Assembly: GCA_001799995.1 (NCBI GenBank)
Contig: MGUK01000070.1
Span: 9,056 to 73,055, forward strand
Direction of reading: 5' to 3'
Source of the DNA: Elusimicrobia bacterium GWF2_62_30
Lineage (GTDB): Bacteria; Elusimicrobiota; Elusimicrobia; Elusimicrobiales; UBA9959
Length of the DNA: 64,000 bases
The notes under the pieces are model-generated. The model searched no databases. It was not told the DNA's origin and was given only the letters and a program-made list of their open reading frames with translations. Each line of letters begins with the position of its first letter. Positions within the stretch are counted from its first letter, which is position 1. This document shows, piece by piece, positions 26,064-33,492 of this stretch. Position numbers and translations under genes: made by a program.

Positions 26064-28004
26064 TCAGCGCGGGGAACCGTCCTCTTGGACCTCGCGGCGG
26101 GCCTTTGCGAGGCCGGGCCAGGAAGCGGGGGCGTTGGCGACGGTCCAGAGCAGGGCCTCGCGGGCCTCCTCGGCGCGGCCGAGCGCGGCAAGCAGTTTAG
26201 AGCTCTGGTACGAAGCGTCGCTTTCGAGGACGCCGGCTTCGCGCTCGTCGCGCAGCTCGCCGGAACCGGAAAGGTAAACTACCGACTGGCAGGCCTGCAG
26301 CGCGACGCCCCTGGCAGCCTTCTCCTTTGCCGGGGAGAAGCAGCTCTCGATAAGTTTTTCCCCTTTGGTCTTTTCCTTCGGCGGGGCTTCCGGTTCCAGC
26401 CGGGGGTCCGTGTCCTTATGGGCTGAAACGATGACCCCGTACGCGCGCCCGAGGGATTCGGCTTCCTTGAAATCGCCGGCGTCCAGCAGGGCGGTAAATT
26501 CCGACTCCGCTTCTTTCAGCCTTCCCATTCCGGCCAGGATCTGGGCATGCTCAAGCCTTAAAGCCGCATGACCGGGGTTCAGGAACAGGGCCCTTTTACA
26601 CAAAGCGAGGGCGCCGTCATAATTCCCGGCGCGCCTGTCCGCCTCCGCCAGGTGCGCCAGGAATAAAGGAAAAACCATCCGCAGCGCGGCCGGGTCCGGC
26701 GCGGGCCCGCTGCCGCGCACGAGGAGCCCGGCAAGAGCGCCCGCGGAAACGGCGGCCTCTTTGAGCAGGCCCGGGACTTTTTCTCCGATGTAGGAAAGCT
26801 CGGCCAAAGCCGCCTCGTTAAGTTCCTTCCCGTCTACCAGGGCGGCGGCATAGGTAAGCCTTTTGGCGGCGTCAAGCCGCGCCGGCTCGGAGGCTCCGGG
26901 GGCAAGCGGCCCGCCGAGCCCCTCAAGGCCGCAGGCGCCCGCCGCCCGGGAGATCTCCCCCCAGACCGCCTTGTTGTACCCGGGACGCCAATGCGCCTCG
27001 TCGGTGAATTCCCGGAAGCCCGGCAGCCCGTCCCAGGATAGCCTCAGGAAAAGAGCGCCGAGGTCGGCCACGCAGGCGCCCTCCGCGGCCGCCACGCGTT
27101 TTATCATGGCGTTGCGGTCGCCGGCCGTTCCCGACATGTCCAGGCGCGAGCTCAGCGCCGTCAGGTAGTGAGGCCCGGCCTCCGCGGTCCTGCCCAGCTT
27201 TTCCAGGGTTTTGGCGATGTAATAATTTACCATGGCATGCCCCGCGCCTGCCGCCGGGGAGGCGGAGAATTTATCCAGGGCGGCCTGGTATTTTTTTTCG
27301 TAAAAAAGCCTGTAGCCGTAAGCGAAGCCCTGCTCGGCCAGGGGAAGCGGTACGGCCGGGGGCATGTCCTTTATATTCACCGGCAAGGTGCAGAAGACCG
27401 CAGGTATCCCGGCTTTTTTCGCCGCCCGGGCCGACGCCTTTAGCGCCGCTTCCTGTATTTTAACCGACACCAGGGCCGAGGCCCGCCGCGGATCGTATTT
27501 CCAGGAATAATATAACTCCAGCAGCCTGTAGCCGGCGCGGCGAAGCGCGCCGGAGGAGCCGGCGCATTGCAGGCGGGCGGGCAGCTCCCGGGCGTCCCCC
27601 AGTACGACCAGCAGGTCGGGGCTGTACTTAACGGCCTCACCCAGGACGTCCTTTACCGGCGCCCCGCCGTAACCGTTTATGCCGCAGTTGATCACTTCGA
27701 CGTCCGCGCGGGCGCCGGCTTTAGCGTCCCCGGGCACCCTGCCGCCGGGCCCCAGCAGAACGGCCGCGGCCCCTCCGGCGACGAAGACCCGCTTCAGCCC
27801 GGCGGGCTTGGGCATGGAAAATTCTCCGGGAAAGGCGGAGGCCCTGACGGGCCGGAAAACGCCCGTCCCGCCCGGGGCCTCGGCGAAGAACGGGGATGCG
27901 TCCCCGCAGGGATCCCCGTCCCTGGCGGGCCCGGGCCCGCAGGACAGGAGCAGGCAGGCCCCTATCAGGCCCGGCGCGCAAGCCGATATCTTTACGTTTA
28001 TCAT
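26064..28004 (-). CDS. Lipoprotein with a degenerate SGNH-like domain and C-terminal TPR repeats
   Basis: Lipobox LLLSC. Aligns by eye with 38266-40359 (KRVFV.G..., INCG..GY, FTD..HW), but block I reads VAGGAAA (no Ser) and block III reads LGDARE (no Asn). Confidence 0.55.
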   Translation of the reverse strand: MINVKISACAPGLIGACLLLSCGPGPARDGDPCGDASPFFAEAPGGTGVFRPVRASAFPGEFSMPKPAGLKRVFVAGGAAAVLLGPGGRVPGDAKAGARADVEVINCGINGYGGAPVKDVLGEAVKYSPDLLVVLGDARELPARLQCAGSSGALRRAGYRLLELYYSWKYDPRRASALVSVKIQEAALKASARAAKKAGIPAVFCTLPVNIKDMPPAVPLPLAEQGFAYGYRLFYEKKYQAALDKFSASPAAGAGHAMVNYYIAKTLEKLGRTAEAGPHYLTALSSRLDMSGTAGDRNAMIKRVAAAEGACVADLGALFLRLSWDGLPGFREFTDEAHWRPGYNKAVWGEISRAAGACGLEGLGGPLAPGASEPARLDAAKRLTYAAALVDGKELNEAALAELSYIGEKVPGLLKEAAVSAGALAGLLVRGSGPAPDPAALRMVFPLFLAHLAEADRRAGNYDGALALCKRALFLNPGHAALRLEHAQILAGMGRLKEAESEFTALLDAGDFKEAESLGRAYGVIVSAHKDTDPRLEPEAPPKEKTKGEKLIESCFSPAKEKAARGVALQACQSVVYLSGSGELRDEREAGVLESDASYQSSKLLAALGRAEEAREALLWTVANAPASWPGLAKARREVQEDGSPR

Positions 28005-28127
28005 GGTGTTGCAGGACTTATGTTATAAGATTAAGCGCGCGCAGCACAAGGCGATTGCCATCGGCGGCGGGGGATTTTGTATACTAGGTCGCGGTGACAC
28101 CGGGGAAAGATTTCCCCGGGATCCGGC

Positions 28128-29006
28128 ATGAAGACAATAGTAGGAATTAAATCCTTCCGCGAAGCGGAATATTTCTTCGCCAACGGCGCGGACTCGGTCT
28201 ACTGCGGCCTGTTCACTATCCCGAATAACCGTCCTTTCTGCGAGAATTTCTCGAGCGCCGCCGAGATCGAGCGGGTCATACGGCTGGCGGGCGGCCTCGG
28301 CAGGAAGGTGTACCTGGCCGCGAACCTGATGCTGCGCAGGAGCGACTATCTTAAAACGCTGAGACTGCTGGCGCGGCTGACCGACAAGGGCCTGGCCGGG
28401 GCGATCATCAGCGACCCGGCGCTGCTGGCCTATTTCAAGCGCGAAAGATTCCGCACGCATTTCACGCTCAGCACGCTGGTGAACTGCTTCAACACCCCGA
28501 CCCTGGAATTCTTCGCGGGGCTGGGCATTTCGCGGGTGGTGCTGCCGATACAGATGACGCCGGACAACGCCCGCGCGCTGCTGGCCAACCGCCTGGGGAT
28601 AGAGACCGAGATCTTCTGCCTGCCGCTTTACTACAGCGTGAACGTGGATTCCCACTGCTTCCTGCCCTGCCCTCACGACGGGAGCAAAAAGACGGCCCTG
28701 TTCGAGGATTATCCCTGCCTGCTCCCGTTCATGAGCCCGCAGGGGGACTATTTCATGCCGATGCCCGGCCAGGAGTTCCGGCTCAACGCGCTATACGACT
28801 TTTACAAGGCCGGGGCCGGCTACCTGAAGGTGGCCCGCTGGCCGAACACCCGGCGGGAGGCCGACCTCTTTTTAAAGGCGCGCTACCTGCTGGACCTGCT
28901 GGACAGGGGCCTGGCGCGCGCCGCGTTCGTCAAGCGCGGGCTGGAACTGGACACGAAGCCGATGGAATATGGAAAAAGCTTTACTTATTACCCCCTCCGA
29001 GGCTGA
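28128..29006 (+). CDS. Peptidase U32 family protein (UbiU/RlhA/TrhP-type fold)
   Basis: FANGADSVYCGLF...NFS..EIERVIRLAGGLGRKVYLAANL...GLAGAIISDPALL...FTLSTLVNCFN...GISRVVLPIQM follows the U32 TIM-barrel pattern. Cys-rich segment EIFCLPLYYSVNVDSHCFLPCP. Confidence 0.65.
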   Translation: MKTIVGIKSFREAEYFFANGADSVYCGLFTIPNNRPFCENFSSAAEIERVIRLAGGLGRKVYLAANLMLRRSDYLKTLRLLARLTDKGLAGAIISDPALLAYFKRERFRTHFTLSTLVNCFNTPTLEFFAGLGISRVVLPIQMTPDNARALLANRLGIETEIFCLPLYYSVNVDSHCFLPCPHDGSKKTALFEDYPCLLPFMSPQGDYFMPMPGQEFRLNALYDFYKAGAGYLKVARWPNTRREADLFLKARYLLDLLDRGLARAAFVKRGLELDTKPMEYGKSFTYYPLRG

Positions 29007-29673
29007 AAGCCTGCTTTCCGGGCGGAAGCTGCCGGGCGCGGGCTTTGCCGCGCTCATCGTGGGGAGCGAATTCTGCCAGAACCAGGTGCCCGCCCTGTCG
29101 CTGCTCAAAAGGCTGGCGCGCGCTTTCCCGGGCGTCGGGCTCTCCCTGGCGACGTCGATACTCACTGACAGCGGCCTGCGGCGCTGGGAGACCCTCTTCA
29201 GGGCCCTCAGGGGGACGAGGCTCGTGGCGGAGGTAGTCGCTAACGACTGGGGCATCTTCCCCCTGCTGAAAAAGACCGGGCCTTTTAAATTATCGTCCGG
29301 CAGGCTGCTGACGACCGAACTTACGCGCACCGACGCGGCCTGGGCGTCAGGCTTCATCCGTGAGCACGGCCTTGCCTCCGCGGAAACCGACGCCCCGCAA
29401 CGGGCGGCCGCCGCCGCCGCGCTGGGGCTAGCCGTTTCCTGGCACCCCGGGCCGGCGTTCAGGTCCGTTACCACGTTCTGCCCGTTCGAAAAACACTACA
29501 ACTCCCGCTGCGCCCATTCCTGCGGCGGCAAGCTGGTGAAACTCTCCAACCCTCTTATCCCCTATCCGCTGCTGCTGTCGGAAAAGGCCTATTTCGCCCC
29601 GGCCGGAAAGCAGCCCGGCCGCGCGGCCCGGCCGTGGCGGACGGTCACTACTTTCAACTTCCGGGCGAATTAG
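28969..29673 (+). CDS. Divergent U32-like partner subunit (UbiV-like position)
   Basis: Overlaps the upstream U32 gene by 38 nt. ALIVGSEFCQN..., VVANDWGIF, and the C-terminal Cys group TTFCPFEKHYNSRCAHSCGG parallel the second genes of the other two U32 pairs. Confidence 0.5.
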   Translation: MEKALLITPSEAESLLSGRKLPGAGFAALIVGSEFCQNQVPALSLLKRLARAFPGVGLSLATSILTDSGLRRWETLFRALRGTRLVAEVVANDWGIFPLLKKTGPFKLSSGRLLTTELTRTDAAWASGFIREHGLASAETDAPQRAAAAAALGLAVSWHPGPAFRSVTTFCPFEKHYNSRCAHSCGGKLVKLSNPLIPYPLLLSEKAYFAPAGKQPGRAARPWRTVTTFNFRAN

Positions 29674-29676
29674 ATC

Positions 29677-31197
29677 ATGCGTACCGTCCTGCTGCGTTTT
29701 CCCACAGTGATGCCGGAAGGACAGTTCAATGTCTCCTCCGTCGCCCCCCCTTTGTCCCTGGCCTGCCTGGCGGCTTACGCCGAGCTGCACGGCTTTCCCG
29801 TAACGGTAGTGGACTGCCTGGGCGAGGCCCCTGAACACGTCGGGACCCTCGGCGGTAAAAGGCTGAAATACCGCGGTTTGTCCCCGGAAAACATGCTGGC
29901 CAGGATCCCGCCCGGAACGGACGTCATCGGCATCTCCTGCATGTTCTCTTCCGAATGGCCTTTCTACAGGGAAATGTTGGCGGGCCTGCGCCGGGCCTTT
30001 CCGGGCGCGGTCCTTATCGCCGGGGGCGAACATGTTTCGGCCCTGCCGGAACTGGTCCTCGCCCAGGCCCCGGGCCTGGACCTGGCCGTGATCGGCGAGG
30101 GCGAGGAGACCTTAAGGGAACTGCTGGAGGCCATTTCGCGCGGCGCCGGCACCGGCGGGGTGAACGGCATCGCCTTCAGGCGCGGCGCCTCGATAGTAAT
30201 AACACCGCAGAGAGAACGGCTCAGGGCCGGCGACCTGCCGCTGCCCGCCTGGGACGCCGTGCCGATAGAGAATTATTTCAAAGCCAAAGTCTCGCACGGC
30301 CCGTACCTGGGCAGGACGCTGCCCGTCCTGGCCAGCAGGGGCTGCCCGTATGCCTGCAGGTTCTGTTCCAACGCGCGGATGTGGGGCGCCCGCCACGAGC
30401 AGAGACCGCCTGAAGACGTAGTGCGGGAGATAGAGTTGTACGTGGAGAAATATAACGTGCAGTGCGTCGATTTCTACGACCCGTCCCCCGTAACGGGGCG
30501 GCAGTGGCTGCGCGACTTCTGCGGGCTGATGCTCGCGCGCAAAGTAAAAGCGCGCTGGCAGATGGCCTCGGGCACCCGCGTCGAGTCCCTCGACGAGGAA
30601 CTTGTCGCGCTGGCCGGCGCCGCCGGGTGCCGCTACCTCGGTTTCGCCCCGGAAAGCGGCTCCCCGGAGACGCTGCGGGCTGTGGACAAAAAGCTGGACC
30701 TGGCGGACCTGCACAGGGCCGTAAAAGCCGCCAGGAAACACAAGCTCGGGGTCAAGGCGAACCTGGTGATCGGCTTTCCGGGAGAAACAAGACGGCAGAT
30801 CTTCAGGACCCTGCTCCTGCAGCTGCGCCTGGCGCTGGCGGGCGTCAGCGACGCGCCCATTTTCCAGTTCTCCCCCTACCCCGGTTCGGCATATTTCGAG
30901 GACCTGCGGCGGCGCAAGCTCATCCCGGAGCTGAACGACGCCTATTTCAATTCCCTCGGGCTTAACCTTTTTTCAGGCAACAGGAACCGCTACTGCGGCG
31001 CCGCCGGGCCCCTCGAGCTTTCCCTGTACCAGCTCTCGGGCACCCTGCTCTTCTACGCGGTGCATTACCTGACGCACCCGCTGGAGTTCTGCAAGGCCGT
31101 CCTGTTCTGGAATTCCTCAAGTTCGGTCTTCGAAGCCAGGCTCAAGCAGAACCTGAAGGCTTTGCTCGGCGGGAAGCCGGAGAATGAAGTGCGGTAG
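29677..31197 (+). CDS. B12-binding-domain radical SAM enzyme
   Basis: N-terminal cobalamin-domain-like segment (DVIGISCMFS..., LIAGGEHVSALPE), then ASRGCPYACRFCSN and an Elp3/class-B-like core. Confidence 0.8.
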   Translation: MRTVLLRFPTVMPEGQFNVSSVAPPLSLACLAAYAELHGFPVTVVDCLGEAPEHVGTLGGKRLKYRGLSPENMLARIPPGTDVIGISCMFSSEWPFYREMLAGLRRAFPGAVLIAGGEHVSALPELVLAQAPGLDLAVIGEGEETLRELLEAISRGAGTGGVNGIAFRRGASIVITPQRERLRAGDLPLPAWDAVPIENYFKAKVSHGPYLGRTLPVLASRGCPYACRFCSNARMWGARHEQRPPEDVVREIELYVEKYNVQCVDFYDPSPVTGRQWLRDFCGLMLARKVKARWQMASGTRVESLDEELVALAGAAGCRYLGFAPESGSPETLRAVDKKLDLADLHRAVKAARKHKLGVKANLVIGFPGETRRQIFRTLLLQLRLALAGVSDAPIFQFSPYPGSAYFEDLRRRKLIPELNDAYFNSLGLNLFSGNRNRYCGAAGPLELSLYQLSGTLLFYAVHYLTHPLEFCKAVLFWNSSSSVFEARLKQNLKALLGGKPENEVR

Positions 31198-31236
31198 ATC
31201 CCGAAACAGTTCGTCGCAAGGACGCGGGGGCCGCGA

Positions 31237-32028
31237 TCAGGGCTCGCGCGAATAGATTATATCGTACGAATATTCTATCCCGGCGGAAGGGCCCGGAGCG
31301 GAGAGGTGTTTAGGGTTCACCAGGCATTTCAGCAAAAGGAATAATATTTCCAGCCCCTGCCGGAAAGACCTGGCATTGCTTTTCTGGTCCTCTTCGGTCC
31401 AGCTGATAGGGAAAAATACGAACTTCGCCCCGGTCCACAGGCAGTGGAACAGCAGGTACACCTCGAAAGAAAGATTGTCGGGGAAACGCAGGTAGGACCC
31501 GCCCTTTAAATACGCCGCCGAATACAGCTGCAGCCCGGAGCCCAGGTCCGTTACTTTGCGGCCCGCCGCCAGGGACGTCAGGAGATTAAGCGCTTTGTTG
31601 CCCAGGGTCCTGGTCCTGGAATAGCCGCGGAGCCTGGACCGCGTATCGAACCGGGAACCGAACGCGCAATCATACGAAAAGAATTTCTCGTCCCGCAGAT
31701 AGGGCAGGATATCCCCGATATCGGCCTGGTCGTCGCCGTGCAGCACCAGGCAATGATCGAAATTATTGTCCAGGCAATATTTAAAAGCGAGCTTCAGCGA
31801 CCCGCCCAGGCTGTAATTTTTTTTGTTCTTTATCAGCACGGTCCGGACGCCCTTTATCCCGCTCAAAGCCAGCCGGGCGCTGTCGACGGACCCGTCCGCG
31901 CTGCCGTTATCCGCTACCAGTATCTCCGTGAGATATTCCCGGACCCCGGAGTCCACCTTAGCAAGGACCCGCTTTATCTGCTTTTCGCAGTTATACATGG
32001 GGATAAAGAGCAGGAGCTTCCTCTTCAT
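31237..32028 (-). CDS. Family 2 glycosyltransferase
   Basis: LLLFIPMYNCEKQI, ILVADNGSADGS, LVLHGDDQAD (DxD-like). Typical GT2 N-terminal half. Confidence 0.8.
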   Translation of the reverse strand: MKRKLLLFIPMYNCEKQIKRVLAKVDSGVREYLTEILVADNGSADGSVDSARLALSGIKGVRTVLIKNKKNYSLGGSLKLAFKYCLDNNFDHCLVLHGDDQADIGDILPYLRDEKFFSYDCAFGSRFDTRSRLRGYSRTRTLGNKALNLLTSLAAGRKVTDLGSGLQLYSAAYLKGGSYLRFPDNLSFEVYLLFHCLWTGAKFVFFPISWTEEDQKSNARSFRQGLEILFLLLKCLVNPKHLSAPGPSAGIEYSYDIIYSREP

Positions 32029-33353
32029 ACGGCGCCGGCCCTCCCCCTGTAAACGCTCCTCGCTACTATCAGGCAGAAGGCGAGGTAGGCGGGGACCAGG
32101 TAATTGTAAGACAGCCCTATCATCACCGCCATGTTCGCCAGGTGATAGATCAGGAACAGGGAACAGATATACGCCGCGAGTACGGCCAGGTATTTCAGTT
32201 CGCCGCGCAGATAGCGCAGGTTCAGGAGGCCCGCCAGCAGGACCGCCAGCCAGGCCGCGGTCAAAAGCAGGAACAGGCCCGACCTGTATTTCAGGTTATA
32301 CCAGACGTTCCGGAGAGAAGGCTGCGGGGCGAAGTAGGCAAGCCTGACCGCGTCGACGAACTCCTGCCTGCCCATGCCCCCCCGGCTGCCGTTCTTGATA
32401 TTGGTGGCGGCGTTAAGAAGCAGGCCGTCCGCAGCCGCCACCCCAGAGAAGTCCTGCGCGCCGGGAGGCGCGGAGTAGACCTGTTCGACCAGCTCCTGGT
32501 TCCAGCTGTAGCTGAGGACCTGGTTCTCCTCGTGGGTCCAGTCGCGGTAAAGAAAAGGGAGATACAGCACCGCCCCGGCCAGCAGGCTGAGGAGCGCTTT
32601 TTTGAACAAAGCCTTCCCGGCGAAAGCCATGCCCGTGAAATATACCAGGAACAGGACCACGCTTTCCTGCCTGAACAGGGAGGCCAGCAGGATGAGGTAG
32701 ACCGGCTGCGACAAACGCAGGAAGGAAACCTCTTCCGGCGGCTTTTTAACGATAGCCAGGAGGCTGTAGAGGAACAGCGCGGAAAAGCAGAGGGCGAAAA
32801 TGGCATAGGCGGAGAAGAAGTAAAAAGTTTTCACGTGCGCTACGGCCGCCAGGCACAGCAGCGGGACCACTAACTTGTTGCTGAAGCCGAACACGTCCGA
32901 CAGTATCAGCGCCCAGACCGAGTAGAACAACCCCAGTAAGCCCCACAGCAGGACCTTCAGGACCTGGAGATTGGAGAAATACAGCACGGCGCCGAAGATC
33001 AGCGGGACTATGCGGGTCTGGCGGACGACAGGCGCAAGCTCCCCGGCGCCGACCGCGGCCGCCGCGTCGGCGAGGTTCTGCACCTCGTAGGAAGGGGCCG
33101 AATAGATATTATTGTTCCCGCCGAAGAGAAAGAAAAAAGCCGCCAACCCAAGCGCCAGCAGCAGGCAGGGGCCCGGGAACAGCTTCGGGAGCAGCTCCCT
33201 GCGGTTCTTCACCAGCAGGTAGATCAGCCCGGGCCAGAACCCGGCGAACAGCAGCGCTATATAAACGTAGTACAGGCTGACCCCGCCGAGGTCGGCGTTC
33301 ACCAGCCGCCCGATAAATTCGAATCTGCTTAAAAGTTCCCAGACGTTGGACAT
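32025..33353 (-). CDS. Polytopic membrane protein of unknown function (possible glycan polymerase/GT-C-like)
   Basis: Twelve or so hydrophobic segments. Its stop overlaps the GT2 start. The ATG at 33353 (MSNVWELL) is preferred over the track TTG at 33383, which abuts the putative -10 box. Confidence 0.5.
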   Translation of the reverse strand: MSNVWELLSRFEFIGRLVNADLGGVSLYYVYIALLFAGFWPGLIYLLVKNRRELLPKLFPGPCLLLALGLAAFFFLFGGNNNIYSAPSYEVQNLADAAAAVGAGELAPVVRQTRIVPLIFGAVLYFSNLQVLKVLLWGLLGLFYSVWALILSDVFGFSNKLVVPLLCLAAVAHVKTFYFFSAYAIFALCFSALFLYSLLAIVKKPPEEVSFLRLSQPVYLILLASLFRQESVVLFLVYFTGMAFAGKALFKKALLSLLAGAVLYLPFLYRDWTHEENQVLSYSWNQELVEQVYSAPPGAQDFSGVAAADGLLLNAATNIKNGSRGGMGRQEFVDAVRLAYFAPQPSLRNVWYNLKYRSGLFLLLTAAWLAVLLAGLLNLRYLRGELKYLAVLAAYICSLFLIYHLANMAVMIGLSYNYLVPAYLAFCLIVARSVYRGRAGAV

Positions 33354-33389
33354 ATGCGCTTTGGCCCGGCCGCTGCCCGGCAAAACTTA

Positions 33390-33398
33390 ATTTTAGCA
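33390..33398 (-). promoter_or_regulatory. Extended -10-like box TGcTAAAAT (minus strand) upstream of the membrane-protein/GT2 operon
   Basis: The reverse strand reads ccgcaaaaTGCTAAAATtaag. It shares cgcaaaaTGCTA.AAT with 12684-12700. Confidence 0.35.
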
Positions 33399-33446
33399 TT
33401 TTGCGGATTGCCGGCCGCGCGCTTGAGCCCGCCCGCTTAAACTAAG

Positions 33447-33452
33447 TATAAT
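33447..33452 (+). promoter_or_regulatory. Possible sigma70-type promoter (TTGAGC-18 nt-TATAAT) for nitrogenase-like operon 1
   Basis: gcTTGAGCccgcccgcttaaactaagTATAATtgataatt. The -10 box lies 41 nt upstream of the ATG at 33493. Confidence 0.3.
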
Positions 33453-33492
33453 TGATAATTCAGCCGCACAGCCGCCGGCCCGGAAACATCTA

